The translations under genes and the position numbers were made by a program. The notes beneath the pieces were generated by a model that saw nothing but the letters and a program-made list of their open reading frames with translations, ran no database searches and was not told where the DNA came from. A DNA stretch of 64,000 nucleotides, taken from positions 25,097 through 89,096 of the forward strand of contig JAXMOL010000032.1 of NCBI GenBank assembly GCA_034669905.1. The letters are read 5' to 3'. The stretch is from Candidatus Hydrogenedentota bacterium. GTDB lineage: Bacteria; Hydrogenedentota; Hydrogenedentia; Hydrogenedentales; JAEUWI01. Shown in pieces: positions 1 to 8,863 of this stretch. How positions within the stretch are numbered: the first letter of the stretch is position 1; the number at the start of each line of letters is the position of its first letter.

Positions 1-1433
1 CCGTGCTCTGGGTATTGTCGGCCGCCTACACGGTGCACCTGATTCGCTACTACGACGCATCCTTGGCAAACGGCGCGTCGGTCGAAAGGGCCGTTGCCCA
101 GGCCCTGGCCATCGGAGTACGCCCATGTTTTCTGGCGGCGACCACGACCTGCCTCGGTTTTCTGGCTCTGCTCACGGCAGACATGGTGCCGGTTCGGGAA
201 TTGGGAATTGCGGCCGCCCTGGGAATCCCCGTGGCCTTCGTCGTTAGCATGGGGGTGACCCCACTGCTGCTCCAGTACCTGAGGCCCACCTCTCCGGACG
301 CGGTAAGCACACCCCAATCGGTCGGCAAACTCCGCGCTTCCCATCACGCCAAGCCCATACTCCTGGCCGCGGTCGTGCTGGCCATGGCCTCCGCCTTTTT
401 CACCACGCGGGTTGACATCAAGTCCAACCCCCTTACGTTTCTACCGCCCGACGCCCCTATCGTTCGGGACTCTGCCATCGTCGCCGAACAGTTCACCGGA
501 CTCTACCCCCTGGAAACGGTGCTCGAACTGAAAAGTCCGTGGCTCCGCCCCGAAAACTGGCCCGCCATTGAATTCCAGACCGAAACGCTCCAGGGCGCCA
601 CCGGCGTTGCCCGGGTACTCAGTCCGTTGGACTACCTCAAGAAGCTGAATCAGTGGAACGAGGGAGGTGGCACAGAAAACTACCGACTGCCCGCCGACCA
701 GGCGACGGCCGAAGCCTTGCTCCGTGATGTGCCCGAGGAACAACTGGGCCTGCTCACGTCGTTGGTTTCACCCGATGCCACCCGGGTCCGCCTTTCCGCC
801 CTCGTAAACGTCATGGACGGCAAGGAATTGCTGGCCATTGTGGAGGCTTCCCGTGCCGCCCTTAGCCGGTCAGAAGACATCAAGGGGAGCTATCACACCG
901 GCGTCGTGCTGCGATTGGTAGATGCGCAGTTCGCCTTGATTCGAACCCAGCTGAAAAGCCTGGCCATGGCCATTCTCATCATCTTCGGCTGCATGGCCAT
1001 CGGGCTCCGCTCCCTTCGACTCTTGCTACTCGCCATTGCACCCAACCTCGCCCCCGTGCTGGCCCTCTTTGGCATCATGGGCTTGGTCGGCTTATCCCTC
1101 GATCCCGCCACCGTCATGGTGGCCGCTATGGTCCTGGGCATCGCCGTCGACGATACGATGCATCTCTTGCTGACCTGGCGGGAGCGATGGGTGAAGTCGG
1201 GGAACGCGGCTATGGCACTGCAGGACGCCGTCGCCTTGAATGGCCCCGCTATGACCACGACCACGTGGGTGGCTTGCGCGGGATTTCTCGTTCTCGCCTT
1301 TTCCCATTTCGCGCCCATACGCTACTTCGGGCTCCTGTCCGCCGCGGCCATGGCAGTGGCACTCCTCGCGGACCTGTGGCTGTTGCCCGCCCTCATGCAC
1401 CTGAGCAGTCTAAGAAAGGTCCGCGCCACGTGA
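1..1433 (+). CDS. MMPL/RND-family membrane transporter (5' end outside window)
   Basis: Two TM bundles with a periplasmic loop; RND/MMPL motif GIAVDDTMH; ORF open at the window edge. Confidence 0.85.
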   Translation, partial: VLWVLSAAYTVHLIRYYDASLANGASVERAVAQALAIGVRPCFLAATTTCLGFLALLTADMVPVRELGIAAALGIPVAFVVSMGVTPLLLQYLRPTSPDAVSTPQSVGKLRASHHAKPILLAAVVLAMASAFFTTRVDIKSNPLTFLPPDAPIVRDSAIVAEQFTGLYPLETVLELKSPWLRPENWPAIEFQTETLQGATGVARVLSPLDYLKKLNQWNEGGGTENYRLPADQATAEALLRDVPEEQLGLLTSLVSPDATRVRLSALVNVMDGKELLAIVEASRAALSRSEDIKGSYHTGVVLRLVDAQFALIRTQLKSLAMAILIIFGCMAIGLRSLRLLLLAIAPNLAPVLALFGIMGLVGLSLDPATVMVAAMVLGIAVDDTMHLLLTWRERWVKSGNAAMALQDAVALNGPAMTTTTWVACAGFLVLAFSHFAPIRYFGLLSAAAMAVALLADLWLLPALMHLSSLRKVRAT

Positions 1434-2473
1434 CAGATTTCCAGCAACATGTGGAGGAAATTATCGCCCTCCACTTCGACCCCCGGTGGGGCACGCCCTA
1501 TTGGCTTGAACGCGCGCCAAGCCTTCCCTTCAATCCCCAGAGGGATATATGCACGGTGGAAGACCTCCTCCGCTTCCCCCCCTTCCCCATGTACCTTCTC
1601 TCGAATTGCCCCGTGGAGCATCTCATTCCGAAACGATTCCACGACGACCTTGCGAACTTCATTACCGCCGAAACGGGCGGGGCCACCGGCGTACCCAAGC
1701 GCACGGCTTACCATAGCGATGACTTCACCGCGGCCTTTGTCGACCCCTTCGTCGCGGCAGCCACCCTTATGGATTTTCCCCGCAACCGGCATTGGCTCTT
1801 TATCGGGCCATCAGGTCCCCACATCATCGGCAAAGCGGCACGGGCCTGCGCCCACGCCCTCGGCTCCCTCGATCCCTTCTCCGTCGACTTTGACCCCCGT
1901 TGGGTACGCAAACTCCCTGAGGGCTCCCTGGGACGTACGCGCTACCTGGAGCATGTGCTGGAGCAGGCCCTGCAGGTATTGCATACCCAGCACATCGGTG
2001 TCCTATTCAGCACGCCCCCCGTGCTTGAAGCCCTGGCAGGCCGACTGACAGAGGAACAACGAATGCACATCACGGGTATCCACCTCGGCGGTATGGCGGC
2101 GTCTGCGACCTTTTGGGAACAGCTTACGACCAACTGGTTTCCCAACGCCATCGCCCTTTCTGGCTATGGAAACAGCCTCGCCGGCGTATGTCCTCAAATA
2201 ACACCCTGCCTCGATGGGGCACCAGTCTATGTCCCTTTCGGCACTCGCATTGCCTTTGCTATGGAACGGAACGACGACGGCGCACCCGCCACGGTACGCT
2301 TTCACCGCCTGGACCGGGCCGCTTTGCTCCCCCACGTGATAGAGGGCGATGAGGCTTTTGTCGACGTCGCCACGCCCCCCAAAGCACAGCAACTTGGTTT
2401 TCATGCTACCGGGTTACGTAACCCGCAGCCGATCCAACGACAGCACGAAGTCCGGCAGGGAGGACTCTACTGA
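1430..2473 (+). CDS. EhpF/EsmB1-like adenylate-forming (ANL superfamily) ligase
   Basis: GTG at 1430 overlaps the upstream TGA (GTGA). HFDPRWGTPYW N-terminus, ETGGATG P-loop-like motif, GPSGPH, DFDPRWVRK and GYGNSL resemble EhpF-type proteins. The track start at 1187 is probably too long. Confidence 0.65.
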   Translation: MTDFQQHVEEIIALHFDPRWGTPYWLERAPSLPFNPQRDICTVEDLLRFPPFPMYLLSNCPVEHLIPKRFHDDLANFITAETGGATGVPKRTAYHSDDFTAAFVDPFVAAATLMDFPRNRHWLFIGPSGPHIIGKAARACAHALGSLDPFSVDFDPRWVRKLPEGSLGRTRYLEHVLEQALQVLHTQHIGVLFSTPPVLEALAGRLTEEQRMHITGIHLGGMAASATFWEQLTTNWFPNAIALSGYGNSLAGVCPQITPCLDGAPVYVPFGTRIAFAMERNDDGAPATVRFHRLDRAALLPHVIEGDEAFVDVATPPKAQQLGFHATGLRNPQPIQRQHEVRQGGLY

Positions 2474-2475
2474 CC

Positions 2476-3186
2476 ATGGTGGCACATGACTTTATCGAAG
2501 AGTCCGTAACCATACCCTGTGGCGACCGCAGCCTGGAAGGCATTTTGGCCTACCCGGAACGGGATAGCCCCAGACAGGGCGTGCTGCTCTTGTCACCCCA
2601 CCCCCACATGGGTGGCCGGATGGACAACAACGTTATCGAACACCTCGCCCGACGCCTCGCCGAAGCGGGCAGCGTTACCCTCCGCTTCAACTACGGCGGT
2701 GTGGGCGGCAGTTCCCTGGAACTACCAGAAGACGTCACCACGTTTGACTATTGGGGACGCATCGAAGCCGAGCAAGACTATCGCGCCGTCCTGCCCGATG
2801 TAATTGCCGCGCGGGATTTCCTCGTGCAGGCCCTTCCACCACGGACGCCAGTGGTCTATCTGGGCTACTCCTTCGGAAGTTGTATGGCGACGTTGTTGAC
2901 GGGCGTGTCCGCCCCCCACGCGCTCATCGCCATCAGTCCCCCGGTGAGCCGGGTTCGCTTTGAAAATCTCGACGCGTGTACCATGCCCGTGTGTTTCGTG
3001 ACCGGAGACCAGGATTTCGTATTCGACCCGGAGCGCTTCCGGGAGACCCGTGACGCTGTGCCCGGCCCCATAACCCATGTCCACCTGAACGGCTGCGACC
3101 ACTTCTTTCGGAAAGAAGAAGGACGGGTCTATGATGTACTCCGCGCCTTTCTCAAAGAAAATATTCTCTTCGGAGCACCACTATGA
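2476..3186 (+). CDS. Alpha/beta hydrolase
   Basis: PHPHMGGRMDN, LRFNYGGVG, nucleophile GYSFG, GDQD acid and DHFF His motifs. Confidence 0.85.
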   Translation: MVAHDFIEESVTIPCGDRSLEGILAYPERDSPRQGVLLLSPHPHMGGRMDNNVIEHLARRLAEAGSVTLRFNYGGVGGSSLELPEDVTTFDYWGRIEAEQDYRAVLPDVIAARDFLVQALPPRTPVVYLGYSFGSCMATLLTGVSAPHALIAISPPVSRVRFENLDACTMPVCFVTGDQDFVFDPERFRETRDAVPGPITHVHLNGCDHFFRKEEGRVYDVLRAFLKENILFGAPL

Positions 3187-3881
3187 TCGGCCTGCTTCTC
3201 TGCCTCTTCAGCCTCGCCACAACGCCAACGGCCGAGCCTGTCGTCGAACTGGCAGAGGCCACCCGCACCTACGACCTCAGCAGGGCACAAGCCCTCGTGG
3301 CCTCTCTGAAACAAGCGACGGATAGCGACTCCGTGGCCCTCCGGGTGAAGGCACACTTGCTCGTGGCAGAGCTGCTGCGCCTGGAGTTTTCCTACCTTCC
3401 CGCGACAGAAACCAAAACCCGGCGGGCCCTCGGGAAGCAGATCGATGCTGCCGCCGATGCCGGTCTCGCGGACCTCGATGGCCTGCCGGAAAGCTCAGAG
3501 AAACATCGCCTCAAGGCCGATCTGTTCGGCACAAAAATCCGCTCCACCTACCGTGCTGGAAAACTCAAGGGTCCATTGAACGCGGCCGTGGAGCGGGCCC
3601 TGCAGTTAGATCCGGAGAACGCGCGGGCCTATGTGACAAAAGCCAAGACCCTGCTCTTTCAGCCCTCCCCCACGGAAGGCGCACTTCAGGAAGCCCTTCG
3701 TCTTCTGAAGACAGCCCGCTCACGGGAGCCGACCCTCGAGCAAATCCGCCTCCTGCTGGCCTACGCCTACACACAAACAGGCGATACAGAAGCGGCCACC
3801 GAATGCTGGCAGCAATGCCTGCAGGAAAACCCGGATTGTCTACCCGCTGCCCGTGAATTGAATTCAGTCCGACCTGATTGA
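3183..3881 (+). CDS. Secreted TPR-repeat protein
   Basis: Signal peptide; TPR-like ALQLDPENARAY and CLQENPDC segments; ATGA overlap with the upstream gene. Confidence 0.7.
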   Translation: MIGLLLCLFSLATTPTAEPVVELAEATRTYDLSRAQALVASLKQATDSDSVALRVKAHLLVAELLRLEFSYLPATETKTRRALGKQIDAAADAGLADLDGLPESSEKHRLKADLFGTKIRSTYRAGKLKGPLNAAVERALQLDPENARAYVTKAKTLLFQPSPTEGALQEALRLLKTARSREPTLEQIRLLLAYAYTQTGDTEAATECWQQCLQENPDCLPAARELNSVRPD

Positions 3882-3964
3882 ACGCCCCCCAGCCCCCTCG
3901 GACTCCGGCGCTCCACCCGATGAAGCATTCCGCTACCGTTTCACGTCGGATACGATACCCGCAG

Positions 3965-4010
3965 AAAAAACAAAAAGGCCCAACGAGTCAACCGTTAACT
4001 CGTTGGGCCT
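3965..4010 (-). terminator. Intrinsic terminator (probable original host tRNA-Arg terminator; may also serve the convergent TPR gene)
   Basis: Perfect 13-bp inverted repeat AGGCCCAACGAGT (3976-3988)/ACTCGTTGGGCCT (3998-4010) followed by a T-tract on the minus strand. Confidence 0.8.
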
Positions 4011-4014
4011 GAAT

Positions 4015-4070
4015 TACTTAAATGGCGCGCCCGACAGGATTCGAACCTGTGGCCTCTTGCTCCGGAGGCA
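4015..4070 (-). repeat. att site: displaced 3' portion of tRNA-Arg (56-bp direct repeat of 10698-10753)
   Basis: Exact match TACTTAAATGGCGCGCCCGACAGGATTCGAACCTGTGGCCTCTTGCTCCGGAGGCA at both positions. Confidence 0.95.
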
Positions 4071-4182
4071 GACCTGATAGCCCCTCAGATTCCGCATCCA
4101 CTCTATAGATATGGAAAGTAGTGACTGCTGGCTAAAGAAGCATTGCACCAAGACTCAATAAGTAGTATAAACTTCTGGGATA

Positions 4183-4202
4183 TTGTTGCAAAATTGTTGC
4201 AG
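4183..4202. promoter_or_regulatory. Candidate integrase arm-type binding sites (left)
   Basis: Tandem TTGTTGCA with 11-bp period; 17/20 identical to 10618-10637 at the other end of the element. Confidence 0.6.
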
Positions 4203-4266
4203 CGCTATCAAGACAATATGATCTCTACCCACAAGAGAATACGTGTCTGACGCTCAATTGCACATC

Positions 4267-4295
4267 TTGATAGACTATTTGAAACTCCGTATACT
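4267..4295 (+). promoter_or_regulatory. Sigma70-type promoter of the cargo operon
   Basis: TTGATA (4267-4272)-N17-TATACT (4290-4295); GAGGGG RBS at 4346-4351. Confidence 0.7.
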
Positions 4296-4360
4296 TACCA
4301 ACTTAAAACCATCTATTCAACTCCATGAAATCGGTATGAAAATTTGAGGGGTACCTGGCC

Positions 4361-5098
4361 TTGTTCGATTACATCATGAGCCACCAATTTGCGTACTATG
4401 CATCCGGCACTCATTTGGACCCGGAGCCCAAAATTATAAGCGAGCTCCTTAACGCGTTTTCCGGTAAAGACTTAATCCCAACGACAGTAACAGCATTTCT
4501 GGTGGATACCACTGTAAAATCGAAATCAGAACTACATTTTGTTAGTTCAAATGGTGATTTGCGCCTCGCTTTCGAAGCGAAACGTATCATGCTACGAAGA
4601 CAATGTACTTCGGAACGGGACGCAGGAAACTCCGAAGACTTCTCCAGGGAAACCTGTGACTTGTTCTCTAGCCTTTTAGAGACCTTGCCAATTCCAGGCC
4701 ACCGACTAGCATACGTGGTTAATGGTCTCTTCCCCGAGTTTTCCGAAGACCAACTGTTGCATGCACGTCAAGAATTCCTGAACGACCTAGATTTCTATAA
4801 AGACTTTCCACCAAGCCGCTGGGAAACAAAAACGGTTACGAGGGTTGATAGGACTTTCGGTCAAAAGAGCGAAAAGATGAACGTACTAACAGACATCAAT
4901 CGCTCCCAAGGGGAATTCTTAGGTGCCGCAGAGCACGGACTCCAATTCGACAGAATTCAGTCCGAGATTGACATCAACACAACACAACATAATGAGATTG
5001 CCCGATTTGGTACTACAGATGTCGAACCATTCTTAAACGAAGCAATGACGCTAGCCACGGAACTAGAGACGCAAGTAGGTAGGCTACTCAATGTCTAA
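4361..5098 (+). CDS. Hypothetical protein, TIGR04255-like (putative chaperone/sensor)
   Basis: 245 aa alpha/beta pattern with HRLAYVVNG and C-terminal EIDINT motifs followed by an amphipathic helix, reminiscent of TIGR04255-type proteins; start is TTG 4361 or ATG 4376. Confidence 0.5.
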   Translation: MFDYIMSHQFAYYASGTHLDPEPKIISELLNAFSGKDLIPTTVTAFLVDTTVKSKSELHFVSSNGDLRLAFEAKRIMLRRQCTSERDAGNSEDFSRETCDLFSSLLETLPIPGHRLAYVVNGLFPEFSEDQLLHARQEFLNDLDFYKDFPPSRWETKTVTRVDRTFGQKSEKMNVLTDINRSQGEFLGAAEHGLQFDRIQSEIDINTTQHNEIARFGTTDVEPFLNEAMTLATELETQVGRLLNV

Positions 5099-5852
5099 AA
5101 AATTCTCGCATCCAAATTTGGACTACTTCAATCAAGCGCTAGCAACATACGTCGAGAGCGGTCACTTATTTCTCGACGAAACTTCGGATACAGTCGATCC
5201 TGGAAGTCTCCTCAAGTTCAAATTCAGAGAGCGATTCGAAAACCTTGAAACAAACTCCTTCAGACATTTCTTTGATGCTACCTCAGAGCCACTACATTTA
5301 GATGATGAGACTCAGTCGTTCTCGGAATATCATGATAAGAAGGCACTGCTTGCTGAGGCAGCAACCTCACAATCAGAAATTCGTCTAGAGTTTCTAAAGC
5401 AGCTTGAGCACCTGATAAGAAAGTCGGAATTCGAATTTGGCTTCAACACTCCTGCTGATGACTATGTAAGAAATGCTCTAAAAACATACGGCGTATTCCC
5501 CCGAGCCTGGTTAAACGAACTCTTCTTAAGATTATTTAACAAGCCCTCTGAACTCAGCGGACTTCTCAGGGTAATAGCGCACTTCGAGTACCATGAAATT
5601 AGCCCAGAAGGCCCGACAATGGCTGTCGCTGCTCTTTCCCACAAAGACCCAGACATTCGCGAATGTGGCATACGCTGTTTCGAGAACTGGGAAAACGCGT
5701 CGTCTATTGATGTACTCGAAAATCTTATGATTCCTGAGCCTTGGCTTCGGGAGTATTTGTCGGACGTTATATCGGATTTAAAGGGGCTCACTGAGAATGT
5801 CACTACTGATCAGAAAAATTCAACTCAGCAAATGGATGCAGAACGATATTAA
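5091..5852 (+). CDS. Hypothetical protein with acidic N-terminus and HEAT-like helical C-terminus (putative antitoxin)
   Basis: Overlaps both neighbours; ALSHKDPDIRECGIRCFENW is HEAT-like. Confidence 0.55.
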   Translation: MSKKFSHPNLDYFNQALATYVESGHLFLDETSDTVDPGSLLKFKFRERFENLETNSFRHFFDATSEPLHLDDETQSFSEYHDKKALLAEAATSQSEIRLEFLKQLEHLIRKSEFEFGFNTPADDYVRNALKTYGVFPRAWLNELFLRLFNKPSELSGLLRVIAHFEYHEISPEGPTMAVAALSHKDPDIRECGIRCFENWENASSIDVLENLMIPEPWLREYLSDVISDLKGLTENVTTDQKNSTQQMDAERY

Positions 5853-6294
5853 GAGAGGTGCCCCTCCTTCCGCAGATGCTATTACGCACTGCACGAAGAC
5901 TCAATATAACACCCTTTCCGTTTGGTCAATCAACGCCGATCACGACTTGACGGATGCCGTTTTGGCGATAGCCACTGGTGCACATCATCTCGAGACATTC
6001 GACGTGGTAAAATTAAACCGAAATTCGCTAGAGCAAGGGGGGCTTTCCATAGAAAACGTGCCTGGGGAGACTGCATATCACGATTTTATCCAGAAGCACT
6101 ACGACATTCAGAAGCTTGATATCCGCTCTTTAACTCTCTTATCTGAGGAAATAGTACGAGCAATTAGAGATGAACAATGTATCCGCTACACCAAAGGAGC
6201 GTTGAAAAAACTTCTGCGTGCGGGAATTGACGAAGGTAAGATTTCGTGTGATGATTTGGCACCTGACGTCAAAAAAATTTTTGTCGAGAGCTAG
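5797..6294 (+). CDS. Hypothetical protein, possible ADP-ribosyltransferase-fold toxin
   Basis: 165 aa; N-terminal strand with Arg (LLIRK), LSVW strand and HYDI strand, a pattern seen in ART-fold toxins (inference). Confidence 0.45.
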   Translation: MSLLIRKIQLSKWMQNDIKRGAPPSADAITHCTKTQYNTLSVWSINADHDLTDAVLAIATGAHHLETFDVVKLNRNSLEQGGLSIENVPGETAYHDFIQKHYDIQKLDIRSLTLLSEEIVRAIRDEQCIRYTKGALKKLLRAGIDEGKISCDDLAPDVKKIFVES

Positions 6295-6323
6295 AGGCAA
6301 TATTCTTTTACACGTCTACCCGC

Positions 6324-6644
6324 TTACGTCCTTCCACGCACCAACGCTTCTTGTCGATTCAAGTCCAGTTGTCCCTCTACGTACCCGTCAAGGTCAACCC
6401 GACGAAATAACACCTTCGACTTTCGCTCTTCGCCCAATTTCGCCCGCCTAATCTGCCCAGACTCCGACAGACTGTCGAGCATTCGAGGCGACATACGCAA
6501 GTACTCCGCGGCTTCTTCCCGCGTAAAATAGTTGGGCTGGGGAGGAACTCTACTATTCGTCGCGATTCGCATAAACTGCTCTTCAAGAACTTCTCGAAGC
6601 CGGTCTATGGACGCGGCCACTTCTTCTGGCACCACAACTTCCAT
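6324..6644 (-). CDS. Excisionase-like helix-turn-helix protein (HTH_17-type)
   Basis: YFTREEAAEYLRMSPRMLD...VLFRRVDLD pattern; strong GGAGG RBS. Confidence 0.85.
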   Translation of the reverse strand: MEVVVPEEVAASIDRLREVLEEQFMRIATNSRVPPQPNYFTREEAAEYLRMSPRMLDSLSESGQIRRAKLGEERKSKVLFRRVDLDGYVEGQLDLNRQEALVRGRT

Positions 6645-6658
6645 CTCGATTGCCTCCC

Positions 6659-6865
6659 TCAGAATTTCACGATATTGGCTTTGACCTGGCGGTGCTGGTC
6701 AATTAACTTCTTCACCCAATGTCGAAGGAGCTCGTCGACATCAACGCCCTTGTCCTTCGCGATAATGCCGAGTTTGGTTCGGTCCCAACTAGACACCGGC
6801 ACGGAGACATGTTGATTCGTCGCGTGAAGCGATACCTTCTTGTACTGCGCCTTCGCCTTAGCCAT
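6659..6865 (-). CDS. Small hypothetical protein, possible ribbon-helix-helix
   Basis: 68 aa, start overlaps the rep stop; strand-helix-helix pattern (VSVPV...LGIIAKDKGVDVDELLRHWV). Confidence 0.5.
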   Translation of the reverse strand: MAKAKAQYKKVSLHATNQHVSVPVSSWDRTKLGIIAKDKGVDVDELLRHWVKKLIDQHRQVKANIVKF

Positions 6866-8240
6866 GGGCCTGTGCTCCCTTCCAGCGTGCCACTACGCCC
6901 CAATCCTCGCCTTCGTCCACCCAGGGCTCTTCGCACGTCGCTATGAAGCTGTTCGGAAGCACTGCGCCGCCGTAGCTCACAACCCGTTGTGCGGCTTTCT
7001 TGGTGAACTTCTCACGAAACCCACTATCCCCCATGGAATCGATACCCCACTCAAGGACCTCTTGGGCGTGCACGCGAAATTCCTCCCGTGTCATGTGCAA
7101 CTCTTGAGTCAGGTCAGCGACGGCGGCCAATATGCAACCGCTTGCCTGTTTGACCAATCGGATTGGATCTTTACACATCCCTCGTTGCTTGCGCTCGACC
7201 GACTCCCGGGGCTTTTTCATCCATGACCGGAAAGCCTCTTGCACCGCAACCCATTCGGGCGCCGTCGATTGACGGGTCTGGTGATTGTTCTTCCGGTCTG
7301 GTTCCTCCTTAACGATACGAAACCAATCGCCGGTCAAATACGCAGCAAGGGCGGCACCCTTCGCGTAGAAGTCGCCCATGGTGTTGATACCAAGTTCTTT
7401 CAAGGCAGGTCGCCGCAACTGATATTCAACGCGCATGGCGTGGTCTGGACTTTTGCCCCAGCGCTTTTCAATCAAGTATTTCTCTTTCTCCAAATCGGGG
7501 TGGCCGTGTCGAACCTCATGCAGCTTGTCATAGATGCGCAGCATAATGTCCCCTTTCCCAACCGTCACCCCGGTCAGCTTGGAGCCATCCTCGTGGTAGT
7601 CTTTCTTCGTTGCTCGGGTAACACACTTTTTCTCCCAGACCATGCGTGCCAGGTCGGCAGTATCAATACCAGGCAAATCAGCGCAAATATCCAAGCGGCT
7701 GAATTTGTGCCAGAAGATGCGCCCGCCCAGGGCCTCTACGATGTTTCGGACGGTCGCCCAGGCACCATCAATACCATTGAGCATTAGAAAGAGTGAGCCG
7801 CATTCAACCATGACATTCGCATTCTGCTGGGCTTCGTCCGCCGTCGCCCCTTTCGTGAGCTTGAGTGTGATTCCACCACGCTTGAGGAAATAGGAATAGT
7901 AGATTCCTTTACCGCCTCCTGTGCCCTTCCCGCCTCCAGCGATGGCGAATACATGACCATTGATGGGGATGGTAATATCATGATGCTTTTCCTGGGCCTG
8001 CAATTTGCCAGAATCGAGAGCATGAAGAAGGTCCTCGAAGGGGAACTCATAGTCCCAGGTAACCCCAAGATTCCAGACCACCGAATCCACCCCGCCGCTC
8101 TCGAGTGGGTTGATTTGGCTATTTTGCAGGTGGGTGTTACTCGAACCAACCACCTGCACTTCTACACTGTCAGACTCGGCCAACAAGGCGGTCAGACCTT
8201 CACCATAGGGTTGTTTCTGTGTTATAGTCTCACCAGACAT
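6858..8240 (-). CDS. Rep_trans-family rolling-circle replication initiator/relaxase
   Basis: Motifs SRLDICAD, TGVTVGK, LRIYDK (catalytic Tyr) and RVEYQLRR; AAAGGAGG RBS. Confidence 0.8.
   Translation of the reverse strand: MSGETITQKQPYGEGLTALLAESDSVEVQVVGSSNTHLQNSQINPLESGGVDSVVWNLGVTWDYEFPFEDLLHALDSGKLQAQEKHHDITIPINGHVFAIAGGGKGTGGGKGIYYSYFLKRGGITLKLTKGATADEAQQNANVMVECGSLFLMLNGIDGAWATVRNIVEALGGRIFWHKFSRLDICADLPGIDTADLARMVWEKKCVTRATKKDYHEDGSKLTGVTVGKGDIMLRIYDKLHEVRHGHPDLEKEKYLIEKRWGKSPDHAMRVEYQLRRPALKELGINTMGDFYAKGAALAAYLTGDWFRIVKEEPDRKNNHQTRQSTAPEWVAVQEAFRSWMKKPRESVERKQRGMCKDPIRLVKQASGCILAAVADLTQELHMTREEFRVHAQEVLEWGIDSMGDSGFREKFTKKAAQRVVSYGGAVLPNSFIATCEEPWVDEGEDWGVVARWKGAQAHG
8125..8158 (-). 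other. Candidate double-strand origin (nick hairpin) inside the 5' end of rep
   Basis: 9-bp perfect inverted repeat TGCAGGTGG/CCACCTGCA with a loop reading ...GAGTAACAC on the coding strand. Confidence 0.5.
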
Positions 8241-8324
8241 TGATTGCCTCCTTTCGTGAGGTTTTCATGTTTTTCTGTGGTCCTGCGTCGCGTCGCCAAA
8301 CTCAGCGCAGGGCCATTTTTTAGC

Positions 8325-8576
8325 TTACGCGTCGGGTTCCTCGCTAGCGGGGAACCAGCCGATATCCTCGCGGAACACCCCACGAGCAACACATTGCAAT
8401 CCTTGCCATATCTCATAGCTTGTGCAATCCCTTTCCTCTGCACCCATAGCTATTCCAAACTCAATTACGGACTGAGTACCAGGATCCTCCCAGTCCCTGC
8501 AGGCCTCCTCATCGAGTTTCACAACGAATTTTCGTATACCCTTGCTATCGACTGATACAGACATTTCGTCATTCAC
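8325..8576 (-). CDS. Small hypothetical protein
   Basis: 83 aa, GTG start with GAGGAG RBS, co-oriented with rep. Confidence 0.55.
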   Translation of the reverse strand: MNDEMSVSVDSKGIRKFVVKLDEEACRDWEDPGTQSVIEFGIAMGAEERDCTSYEIWQGLQCVARGVFREDIGWFPASEEPDA

Positions 8577-8679
8577 AACGTCTTTCTCCTCTGAAACTCA
8601 CCAACAAAGACGAGGGGCGCGCCCTCTTATCATCGTCTGCGCTCGTTCCTGTGCCTTCTTCACTTTGCCATCGTGCTCT

Positions 8680-8732
8680 GCAGTATCAAGGCTTCCCTCG
8701 CTTCGCTCGGCGCTGCGCGGCCTTGACACTGC
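8680..8732. other. Candidate single-strand origin / ssDNA-promoter hairpin
   Basis: GCAGTATCAAGGC (8680-8692)/GCCTTGACACTGC (8720-8732), 12/13 inverted repeat enclosing CGCTTCGCTC; TTGACA lies in the stem. Confidence 0.45.
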
Positions 8733-8863
8733 CTGCGCGCGTTGGCTGCAGGAAGGCACGACGGAACGGCTCCGACGAAGACAAGAGGGCTCAACAGGCA
8801 CCCCATACCAAAGACACTGCCTCCGGTGGAGCGCGAAGCGCCCAGGAGGTCGCTCCGCGACTC

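Noticed and set aside
1187..1429. N-terminal extension of the 428-aa ORF
   Set aside because: It overlaps the MMPL gene in another frame; the GTG at 1430 coupled to the upstream stop is the better start.
4023..4070. Second tRNA-Arg gene
   Set aside because: Only the 3' 48 nt are present, with no D-arm or 5' acceptor strand; it is the att duplicate.
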